DNA of 64,000 nt from positions 62,001 to 126,000 of the forward strand of contig QPMI01000610.1 of NCBI GenBank assembly GCA_004431415.1, in the 5' to 3' direction. Below the pieces are notes generated by a model. It was not told the DNA's origin. It saw nothing but the letters and a program-made list of their open reading frames with translations, and ran no database searches. Source of the DNA: Cyanophora paradoxa CCMP329. Its lineage: Eukaryota; Plantae; Glaucophyta. How positions within the stretch are numbered: position 1 is the stretch's first letter; every line of letters begins with the position of its first letter. This document shows, one piece after another, positions 13,301-24,300 of the stretch. A program made the translations under genes and the position numbers.

Positions 13301-14948
13301 CGCCGAGCCCTTGATCGCCGCGATGTCCCCGGCACCGAACTGAGCGGCCGTCAGGCACGGCTCAAGCCGTTTCTACGGCTCAAGCCGTTTCTCCGACGTT
13401 CGGCCCACTCACCTCCATGAACTTGCCCAGGTACCCGAAGCGGTATGCCGCGTTCGTGTGCACGAGCTGCGGCGCGGCCGATCAGATCGGGCGACGGTCG
13501 ACGCATAGAGGGAAACGCTGAACCTTCATGTCGATCTTCTCGATGCCCGGCTCGGCGGGAGCGGCCGGAGCTAGCACGGGCGCAGAAGCCGTCGCCGGAG
13601 CCAAGGCAATGCCGGGCGCCAGGGCTAGGGCGGATGCTGATGACGACGAGGCGAGCAGCGGCGCCGCGGGCGCGGGCGGTGGGGAGGCGAGGTTGAGGGC
13701 CGGTGCCGCAGCAGGCGTTGAGGGCGCCGCCATCGGCGACCCCGCCGACTGCGGGCTCCCCACGCCGGCGGCGCTATCGACGCGCCTCTTTTCCTTCGAG
13801 ATGGGGCGCGCGGCCACGAACGGCGGCGGCGGCTCCTCCCCGACGCTCTCCAGCTGCGCGGGGGCTTAGCTGTGGCCTCCGGTCCCAACCGGGCCCACGG
13901 GCGCCCGCACGCACCCACTTGTCCGCCTCCGCCAGCTCCGCCGGCGTGCTGCGGTCCGCGTCGATGTCGCGCTCCACGCGCGCGCTCAGCTTCGCCACCC
14001 GCGCCGCGATCGCCGCCTTGGCCTCCGCCGTCTGCGAGCCGGCGCCTTAGGCGGCACTCCGGGGCCGGCGGGGCGGGGCGGGGGCGGCGGGACGGGGGCG
14101 GCGGGGCGGACCTGCGCGGCGGGCTTGGCGGCGTACTCGGCGATCTTGGCGAGGCGGGCGTCGATGGCGGCGTCGCGGGCCTGCTTCCGGGCGATGCGGT
14201 CGCTGCCCTCGAGGACGCTGGCGAGGAGCCACTCGAGCCCGGCGCTCATCGAGCCGTTCCACTTGGTCTGGTCCGCCAGGCCGCACGCCTCGACGATGCG
14301 CACGACGGCGCCGGCGCCGGCCGCGAGCGCCTCGACCTCGGAGAGGGGCACGCAGCCGTCCAGGTCGCGCTTGGTCGCGAGCACCAGCATCGGCTTGCCC
14401 TTGAAGCGCGGGTTCGCGCCGACGCTCGCCATGACCGCCCGCGCCGCCTCCACCGACTCCTTCTTCGACGTGTCCACCGCCAGGATGCTCGCGTGCGACT
14501 TCACGAGGATCCCCAGCAGCTTCGGCGACTCGCTGTACGGCCCCCGCGCGTCGATCTTGAACTGCGCCCCGCGCGTGAGCCAGCCGCCCCCCGGGCGCCG
14601 CCGGCCGGCCCCGCGGGTCGGGCCCACCTTCAGGTACATGCCCGAGGACGCGAGCTTGGAGAGCCGGTCATTCTCTGCGGCGGATCGAGCGGCATGAGCG
14701 GCGGCCGGCGCGCGCGGACGCGGCGCCGCGGCGCTGATGGCGGGGCGCGGGTCCTCACCCTTGACAAGCTCCCTGCGGGTCACGGCGCTCCATCAGAGGC
14801 GGTCGGTGGGCAGGAGCGCAACCAACAGAGCTAACCCGAACTTGCGGAGCAGGCTGCGAACTCCGAAGCCCTTGTGAGAGGCAACGAAGATTTCGACCAG
14901 CTTGTTAGCTGTCGGCGGCACGTCGGCCGCCTTCTCCTTCTTGCTCAT
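4309..14948 (-). CDS. Arl13/Arf-like degenerate GTPase domain + 8 tandem protoglobin (sensor-type globin) domains + C-terminal coiled coil
   Basis: ATG at 14948: MSKKEK...EIFVASHKGFGVRSLLRKF...KIDARG...FKGKPMLVLATKRD...VEAC...GLEWLL. Then eight copies of YRFGYLxxFMxFxxxDIAxIK...VDAVYAKLF...YF...VGxxHT...HMNALFGY...AFTKLLWxQSD...RHY between about 13470 and 6375. Ala/Glu/Arg/Gln-rich coiled coil to a TAG at 4309. One apparent 1-nt frameshift at about 9124. Confidence 0.85.
7032..13565. repeat. Tandem array of an about 1.82-1.84 kb two-globin unit (about 3.6 copies, near-identical including introns)
   Basis: The anchor ccatgaaccgcgccaggtacccg recurs at about 7032, 8849, 10671 and 12511. Homologous ORFs start at 7916, 9739 and 11579. 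Confidence 0.95.
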
Positions 14949-15362
14949 GCTGCGAAGAGTCAGCGGTAGCGGTGTACGCTCGCCTCTGCAGGAGCCTCTC
15001 CGCCAGGACGATGATAAATGGGGATCACCTTTAGCTAGGAAGTGCGCCAGGCGGATCCAACGACGCAGTAGCGTCCGATACTATCTGCAGGCAGCCGCGC
15101 GCCTGGCCTTGCGGCTTTCGACGGGTCGCCCACAAGACTTCGCAAGCTGTAGAGGAAGCAACGTGCTGGTGCTCGATAAGCACAGGTATAGGTGCGCTTT
15201 ACTTGATGGAGCGCGGAAGAGCCATAAGGAAGCCGCTGCGGCTGTCTTCTCCGATCCTCGACTCTTTTAGCTTAGGACGCCTGAGGGTACTTGGTATTGA
15301 GACTTTAGGCTGTACCCCATCGAACCCCCTTCGTTCGCAGCTTCGGGGCCCGGGTCGCCGCC

Positions 15363-18300
15363 ATGTCGGCCTGGGACCTTTTCTTAGCCTGCAAAGGTCC
15401 GCGTCGTCTTCCCGAGAGCCCGCACCGCGCCTCTCTGATGGGTCGCCCTTCCGCACCGATGCTCGCAGACGGGTGCGCGCGCCGAGCGCCGAGCTTTTGG
15501 ACCTCTCCTTGGCCTCTACTAGTTCTCGCCTGGCTCGGCCCTCGGCCCCGCTGGCCGGCTGCTCGTCGCGCATATGCATGCGCCCTTTTGATTTGGTCGC
15601 GGCGCAGGGACGTGGCGGGCGTAGAGAAGTACCTCACTATGGGCATAAACGTGAACGTCGCTGACTGGGTGCGTGCTTGCCAGGAACGCCGCGTCGCATA
15701 GCTAAAATTCGAGGCCGGGCGCCGCGCCGGCGCCCGGCGCGTACGTACACATATATACGCCGGCGGCCGCGGCGCCGGCCGGCGCCGCCGGCCTGCAGCT
15801 GAACCTCCCGCGCGCGCCACACTCTGTTATTTGACACCTTGGGGCCCGCAGGACGAGCGGCGGGTCATCCACATGGCCGCCAACTACGTGCGCACGCAGC
15901 GCTCGGCCTCGGGCGCCCCCCGCGCGCGGCGGCAGCGCCCCTCTTATGCCTCAGCGCCTCTCTTAAGCTTCGGCGCTTCGCCGCAGGGCCACGAGGAGAT
16001 GCTGCGCATGCTGCTGGCGCGGGGTGCGGCCGGGGCCCCTCCTCCACTATAGCTAGGTACCCGGTCTGCGCGCACGGGAGCGCTCAGGGGGCGCCGCGCG
16101 CGTGCAGGGGCCGACAAGAACATCGCCGACAAGTGGGGAATCACCCCGCTCCACGTGCGCCCCGCCTGCTCTGCAGCAGACCTTCGATCCCGCCCCGCCC
16201 GCGCCGCCCCTCACGGCGCCGCAGGAGGCGTGCATGAACGACCACGCGGACATCGCGCTGGTCCTCATCGAGGCCGGGGCCGACCTCGGCGCCAAGAACA
16301 ACGAGAAGAAGGCGCGCGCGCGCGCGCCCCCTCCCCTCCGCTCCGCCGGCCCCGCGCCGGCCCTCACGCGTACGGGACGCGGGGCGCAGACGCCGATGGA
16401 GCTGGCGTCGCCGGCGCTGCGGCGGGAGCTCATCGAGCGCTCCCTGCGGCACGTCTCCTGGGAGCTCGTACGCCCCGCCCGCCCGCCCCATCCCCAACGG
16501 CGCCGGCGACCGCGCCCCCGCTGACGCGCCGGCGCGGCGGGCGCGCGCAGTTCCACGCGGCGAAGAACGGGAACCTGGAGACGGTGCGGCACCTCGTCGA
16601 GTCCGGCCGCGTCGACATCAACGTCCAGGTCCCTCCATTCGATGCCCCTCGGGATTCCGGCGGAGCACACGGCAGCTCGAGGCGCGGGGCTGACGGGGCG
16701 CGGGGGCGGGCGGGGCGGGGGCCAGGACTGGGACGCGCGGGCGCCGATCCACCTGGCGGCGGAGTACGGGCACGCCGAGATGCTCGACTGGATGCTCGCC
16801 AACGGCGGCGACAAGAACATCCAGGCCCCCGCCCCGCCCCGCCCCGCCCCGCCCCGCCCCGGGGCTTCCGTAGCTGAGGGCGTGTCGCGAGCAGGACCGG
16901 TGGGGGGTGACGCCGAGCCACGAGGCGGCGAAGCACGAGCACTTCGAGATCGCCGTCTCCCTCCTGCGCGCCCCGCCCGCCTCCCGCCCTCCTGCCGGCG
17001 CCCGGCGTTGACGCGTGAGGGCGCAGGGAGGCGGGGGCGGACATGAACGTGGTGGACGAGGCGGGGCGGCGGGCGCTGGAGCTCGCGAGCCCCGAGCTCC
17101 GCCGCCTGCTCGACGAGAAGCTCGACCTCTGGAACTCCGCCATGCGCGGCGACCTCGGCCCGCCCCGCCCCGCCCCGCCCCCACGCCCGGCCCGGCCTCC
17201 GCGCAGCGCCCTGAGGCGGCGGGCAGAGACGGTGCGGAACATCCTGGCGGGGAACGCGATCGGCGTCCACTCGGTCGACGCCGACGGCTCCACCGCCCTC
17301 TTCTCCGTCCGGCCCCCCACCCCCCGCCCGCCCCGCCCCCTCCCTCTTCCGCGCGCGACGCGTACGGCCCCGGCAGGCCTGCGCGGGGGGCCACATGCAC
17401 GTCCTCAAGTACCTCCTCATCATGGGCGCCGACCGCAACCACCAGAACAAGCGGTCCGCCTCCGCCCGCCCCCCGCCCCCCGCCGCCCGCCGCCCCCCGC
17501 GCGCCCTCTGACCGCGAGCCCGCGCCTCGCTGGGGCCCGGCGGGCAGGGGCGAGACGCCGCTCATGTACGCCCTCGTCCACAAGCGCGACACCGTCACCC
17601 GCGTGCGCCCCCTCCGCCTCCCCCCCCCCCCCCCCCCCCCCCCCGCCCCCTTCTTCCAAGCCCGAGACTACCCCCACCCCCTCACCCCCCCTCTCCCCCC
17701 CCCCCTCCGTCTCCCCTTCCACCCCCCAAATCTCCTCCTTAAGAACTCTCGGGCTGACCCGCCTCGTCCGCCAGTACCTGGTGGACAACGGGGCGGCGCT
17801 GGCGCTCAAGACGACCCGCGGCCACACCGCACTCTACTTCGGCGCGCACGGGGCCCTGGCCCTAGGCCTAGCCCTGGGCCTTCAGCCCCGGCCCCGCCCT
17901 CGTCTCACCGGCCCGCTCCGCCCCGCAGCGCTCAAGTCGCGGCGGCGGCGCATGGTCCGCCTCCTCATCCAGAAGGTGGCGATGGCCGGGCCCCGCTCCG
18001 CCCCGCCCGGCGCCCTCGGCCGAGCTCGAGGCGGGGGCAGGGGGCGGCCTTCTCGTTCGGGGAGCCGTACTGGTCCCTCGTCAAGGACGCCGTGAAGCGC
18101 TCCGAGGCCGAGTTCTTCGCCTGTCCGCCCCCGCCCCCGTCCGAGCCCCCACCCAGCGGTCTCCCGGCGCTGAGCGGGGCGGGCGGGGGGGCAGGCCTGG
18201 AGGAGAACGGGATCGGGCTGACGGCGGAGGTGCTGGTGGAGGTCATGCTCGCCGCCGGGCGCTACGGCTCCGAGCCCGTCCTCTCCATGTGCCTCAAGAA

Positions 18301-21300
18301 GCGCGCGCTGCCTTCCGCCCGCCCTCGAATTCCTCTTCCTCTTTGTCCGAGCCGCCGTGCCGCAGGGGGGCGAGCGTGAACGCGGCCGGCTCCGGCGGCC
18401 GCCGCCTCATCCACCAGCTCGCCCAGCACGTGCGCCGGCCCCGCCGCCCCCGCCGCCCTCCGCTCGGCGCGGGCGGATGCGGCCGCCGGGCGCGCGCGCG
18501 CAGGGCCACTTCCGCCTCATGAAGGTCCTCCTCCGCGACTACCGGTGAGCCCCGCCTGCAGCCCTCCGCGCCGTCGCGCCCGGCGAGCGACGCGCGCCCG
18601 GCCCGGCTTGGGGCGCGCGAAGGCCGGAGGTGAACGCGCGGGACGCCGACAACGCGACGCCCCTCCTCCTCGCCGCCCGCGTGCGCGCCCCGCACCGCCC
18701 CCCCCGCCGCTCCGTGCCGCCCGCGCCTGCCGATGAGGCCCCGGGCGGCAGGGCTCCCACGTCAACACGTCGTACCTGCTCCTCAAGGCCCGCCCCCCTC
18801 CCCCCGCCCCCCCGCCCTCGCCTCGCGAAGCGGGCGGGGCGGCCGCGGGGCAGGCGGGGGCGACGGGGCGGTTCGAGGCGCCGCAGTTCACGAAGCTCCT
18901 CTCGGACGCCGTCCAGCAGAATCACCTCGTGCGCCCCGCCGCCCCGCCCCGCCCCGCCTCTCCGGCGCGGGAAGGCGGGATCGAGCTCGGGCTGGCAGCT
19001 GTGCGCGTGCGCGCTGGTGGAGCGCGGGGTGGCGATGTCGCCCGACGTCCTCGACATCGCCGAACGCCACGTCCGCGAGAAGGGCCTCCCCGTCCGCACC
19101 CCCCCCCTCCCGCCTTCGGTGCCGCTCGCTCGCCTCGCTGAGGGGCCGGGCAGGCGGAGGGGGAGGGGGAGGAGGGGGAGGCGCGCGCCGTGCTGCAGTT
19201 CTACGCGTCGGTGCTCTGGCACGCCGCCCTCGAGGGCCGCTCCGGCTGCCTCCGCATCCTCGCCGCCAACGCGCGCCCCGCCCCCGGCCCCCGCCCCGCC
19301 CCGCCCTGCCGCCCGCCCCCTCCTAAGACTCTGCAGGGCGTGGACGTGAACTTCCGGTCCCCCGTCTCCGCTGGCGTCGGCCTCGGCACCGGCAACACGC
19401 CGGTCCGCGCGCGCCCCCTAACCGCTAAAGGAAGCCGGGGTGAGCTCGAGCGGGCCTGAGGCGGGGCGGGGGCAGCTGATGATCGCGGCGGCGCGGGGCC
19501 ACGCGGAGATCGTGGAGGCGCTGCTGGCCGCCCCCGCGCTGCACGCCGTCAACCTCCCCAACGACGCCGGCAACACCGCCGTCCGCCCCGCCCCCTCGCG
19601 CCCCATGCCCCCCGCCCTTGACGGGGCGGGGCCGGCAGCTGAAGCTGGCGTGCGAGGGGGGCCACACGCGCGTGGCGGCTCTCCTGCTCGAGCGCGCCGG
19701 CGCCGCCGTCGACGCCCGCGACTCCCAGGGGTGCCCCCTGCCCCGCCCCGCCCCTCCGCCACCCCGGGCGCACCTCGCCTCACGGAGCGCGCGTGGCAGG
19801 CGGACGGCGCTGGGGGCGGCGGTGGCGCGGGCGCACCTCGACCTCGTCCGCCTCCTCGTCGCCCGCGTGCGCCCCTGCGAGGCCCCCGCGCAGCGTACAG
19901 CGCAGCTCGGCCGGAGGCGCCTCACGGGCGGCGGGCGGGGCGGGCAGGGGCGAACCCGCTGGCGCGGGACGAGCGGGGCGGACCCCCTACGAGGCCGCGC
20001 TCGTCTTCCACGCCGCCCAGCGCCTCCGCGGCGGCCCCGTCGCCTCCTCCGCCGGGCCCGCCGGGCCGCCCGGCGCCGGGGAGGACGAGCGGGAGCGGGA
20101 GGGGCACGGCGCCGGCGCGCTGCCGCCGCAGCTCGAGGCGGCGGGGGCGCGCCCCGACGCCAAGCTCTTCGTCGACGTGCGCCCCGGCCGCGAAACCTCA
20201 GATTCAGACGAGAAATGAATGCCGCGCGCTTTTATCTCTCCTGCGCCTCACTCGGGGCTTCGCTCTGCCGGCAGGCGCTGGTGGGGACGGAGGCCGTCGC
20301 CCTCGTCCGCCGCAAGTACGCCGTCCGCCAAGGTCCGCCCCGCCCCGCGGCCGGCCCGTGACACGAGACGCGACACGGGGCGGGCCTCCTGAGCGCTCCG
20401 GTCCCCGCGTGATTGCGATAACATCGAACGAGAAGATAGGTTGCACTCGAAATAGAACACACGACGCGGCCTCTAGCTCGCTCGAGATCTCCTGCCCCGG
20501 TCCCGGTCCTGATCGCCCCCCGGGGGGCGGCGGGCAGTGTGGCGGGAGTCGCTGGTGTACGCGGCGACGGTGCTCCTCCTCACAGTCCTCGCCTTCCACG
20601 CCTACGGCGGCTCCCACAACCGCGCCCAGGTCCCGATCCCCTCCCCCCTCCGCTCTGTGAGGGGTTCGCTTCCTCTTGCTCACTCCTGGGGGCAGCAATA
20701 CGAGGTGGGGTGGGGCCTGCGGCGGGGCGTCGTGGAGACGGGGGTGGAGGGGGGCGGGCGCGTGCGCCCCCTCCCCGAGACCCTCCTGCGTCCGGCACTG
20801 GACGACGGGCCCTTCGCCCCGCGCCGCTCCTTCTCCGCCTTCTGGCGCCACCTCTCCGGCAGGCGTGCCCCCCCCCGCCCGCCCGCGCACCTCGGCCCCT
20901 CGGGATGGACGATGGAGGACCGGGCGCGCAGCCTGGTGCCGTCGCTGGTGGCGGGGGACGGGCGGGAGGGCCTGCTGGTGGGCGGCTACCTGCTCTCGGG
21001 GCGCGACCTCCTCCTCGGTCCCCTCCGCATACGCCAGGTGCCGGGCCACCGCCAGCCGCCCCGCCCCGCCGCCCCGCCGCAGTCCACTAGACGGGGGGGG
21101 GGGGGGGGGGGGGGGGGGGGGTCGCTTTCTAGAGGGGCCGCGCGCTGAGGGGGCCGGGGCAGGTGCGGTCTCGGGGGGACGCGTGCGCGGTGCCGGCCGG
21201 CTTCGAGGCGGCCGTCCCCCGCTGCTTCGCCGCCGACCCCGCCGCCGAGGAGACCCGCCCCTTCGCCGCCCCCGCCGGCAACTTCTCCTCCCGTGCCCGC

Positions 21301-24300
21301 CCCGCCCCGCCCCCGCCGCTCTCCCCCCTCGCGTTCCAGAGCTGAGGTGGGGCGGGGCCAGCGGCGGCGGCGGGGGCCTTTGAGTGGCGCAGCGCGCGCG
21401 CCCTCTCCTCCAGCGACCTCAGGCGCGGCCCGGGCCCCGCTCCCCCCGGCCCGCCCCACCCCGCTCCGGCCCCTCTCAGCTCCCTGCAGCGGGGTGGCGG
21501 GCACCTACTCGGGGGGCGGCTACGCGATCGACATCAGCCCCTTGGACTGGCCGGCCGGCCGGCGCGCGCCCCCCGGGAGCCGCCCGTCCGTCTTCGCCCC
21601 GCGCTGACGGGCGGGGCGGGGCGGGGCAGGGGGGCGCTGGAGGAGATGCAGGCGCGGCGCTGGATCGACGCCGCCACCCGCGCCCTCCTCCTCCAGGCCC
21701 GCCCCCGCGCCCCTCGAGATCACGGCTCGAGCCCGGCCTCTGATCACGGGCGCCGCGCTCCCCCCCGGCCGGCAGTTCAACGCGCTGAACCCGAGCGAGG
21801 GCGTCGCCGCCGCCGTCCACGTCCTGTGCGCCCCCCGCCCGCCCCTTCCTCCGCCTCTTCGGTCTGACGCGGCCGCATGCGCATCCTCTCTTCTCTTTCT
21901 CTCGTTTCCGGCTGGCAGCTACGAGTTCCCCCCCTCGGGCGGCATCGTGCCCCAGTACTTCGTCGCCGTCGGCCGCCTTCCCCGCTTCGTCCACAACTCG
22001 GTACGCGTACCCCTCCCCTCCCCTTCCACCGCACCCCTCATCTTCTCCCCCTGCAGGCCGCTGGCATCGCCGTCCTCCTCCTCGAGATCGCCGTGGTCCG
22101 TACCCCTCCTCCCAACCCTCCCAACCCCCTAACCCTCCCCCGCCCCCCCAGGTGGGGCTGCACGGGTACTACATCGTGGCGGAGGCGCGGGCGGTGGTGC
22201 GGCACGGGCGGGGGCACCTCCTCTCCGCCGGATTCCTCTACAACGCCGCCCTCTACTCGGTGAGACGCGGGCCGGGGCGCCGAGTTGCAGCCGGGCCTTG
22301 GGCGCGAGCTCGAGGGCCCGCGGAAGGCCCCGCGCGCCTGCGTGTCGAGCCCCGCGTGCCGGGGTCACCTCCCTAACAGAGCGATCGGCAGCTCTTCGTC
22401 GCGATGGTGAGCCTCCGCCTCGACGCCGCCGCCTCCCTCGCCGCCGCCCCCGCCCCCACCGCCCCGGGCCCGTGCGCCCCGCCCCGCGCCCCGCCCTCGC
22501 CGGCCGCGCTCAAGCGAGCGGGGCGGGCGCTCGGCGGCAGATACGTGGACCTGCTGTCGCCGCTGGGGCGGCAGCAGTCGGCGCGCGAGCTCCTCGGCGT
22601 CGTCCTCATCCTCTCCTGGTCCGCCCTCCGATCCCATCCGAGCGCCGGGCGTCCTCTGGATCGCACGTCCTGGCCTGGCGTGGCCTTGTCTGACGCGGGG
22701 GCGCGGGGGCGCAGGATGCGGGTGCTGAAGATCATGCGCATCCTCCCCGTCTCGGGCCCCATCCTCCAGTCCGTCTTCAACGCGCGCCCCCGCCCCCCGC
22801 CCCCCGCCCGGGCTCCCCGCCCCCGCCCCCGCCCCCGCGCAGGCGGCTGAGCGTGCGGCAGACGTTCGTGAACCCGTCGGTGCTGACGATCCTGCTGCTC
22901 TTCGCGCTCGTGCTGGGGGCCTTCTCCCTCGGCCTCCACGTCGTCCTCCACGACTCCCACGCCGAGTGCCCCCCGCCCCCGCCCCCTCGCCCCTCTCGCG
23001 CCCGCTGACCCCGCGTGCCACCGCAGCTACCGCTCCTTCGGGACGGCCCTCTCCCGCGCATTCACCGTCACCTTCGGCGACGGTACCCCCCCCCCCCCCC
23101 CCCCCCCCGCCCCCTTCGCCCTGCCCTGCCCCTCTCCGCTGCTTCTTCTGCTTGACTCCGCCCGGCCGCAGTGGGCGGGGGGCAGAGGGAGGTCTCCCCG
23201 TACCCCATCGGTGCCCCCCTCCCCACCCGGCTCCGCTGCAGCCGGCGCCCCTGATCGGGAGCGCGGCCGCTGCAGCGGCGGCGCTGTACGCGGCGTTCCT
23301 GCTCGCGATGTGCTTCCTCGTCGTCAACCTCTTCATCTCCGTCTTCATGCGCGCCCCCGCGCCCCCCTCGGATCGCGCCGGCCGCCCTCGAGCTCACGGT
23401 CCCGGCCCGCCCGCGCGCAGCGAGGAGTACCGCGCGGCGCGCGAGTCGCAGCAGGTGCGGCGGAGCCCGCGCCCCGCGCGCGCCTCCTGTTTGGCATCGA
23501 GCAGAGCGCGCCTGCAGGCGCGCTACAACGACCACATCACGGCCCTCATGGAGGTGCCCCGCCCACCCGCCCATGGCCGCCCATCTTTGCGCGAGGACCG
23601 AGCGGGGCGGGGCGGGGCGGGGCGGCAGGGCGAGCCGGCGATCGAGGAGGCGGCCCGCCGCGAGGCCGCCTTCCAGCGCCTCGTCGAGGCCCGGTACCCC
23701 CTCCCTTCCCCCCCCCCCCCCCCCCCCCCCCATCACCATCTCCTCCGACATGGTCGCTTCGGCCGCAGGTACGCGGCGCACGTGCAGAAGCAGGCCTCGA
23801 TCCGGGCCGGAACGGTGCGGGCGGGGCGGGGCGGACGGGGCGGGCCGCGCCCCGGGCCCCGCTGAGCAGCGCGGGCGCTCCGCTTCAGACGTTCCGGGGT
23901 CGAAGACGGCGCGGCGGGCGAACGCCCTCGCCGCCCGCGCCGCCGCCGGGGCGACACGGGCCCCGAGCCGCCCTCCAGCGGCCGCGACTCGTGCGCGGCC
24001 CGGGGCTGAGGGCTGGAGGGCTGGCGGGCTGGCGGGCTGAGGCGGGGCGCGCCAGGACGGGCCCCGTGGTGGTGGCGACGCGGCACGGGCCGCTGGAGAT
24101 CCCGCGCCTCCCCGTCCACCTCATCCCCGCCCGCCTCGCCCAGCTCGCCGCCCAGCCCCGCGACGTCAGCTTTGAAACTCGCGGCTTCCCCCCGTCCCGC
24201 CCCTGACCCCCGCACAGGCGCAGGTCCCCCTGACGCCGCCGGCGGCGCACGGGCGGGCGGGGCCGCGGGGCGGGGCCGGGGAGAGGGGCCCCGCCGGCCC

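Noticed and set aside
17617-17710. Long poly-C/poly-G tracts (also about 21092-21121, 23086-23110, 60828-60866)
   Set aside because: Ordinary intronic homopolymers of unreliable length with no specific structure.
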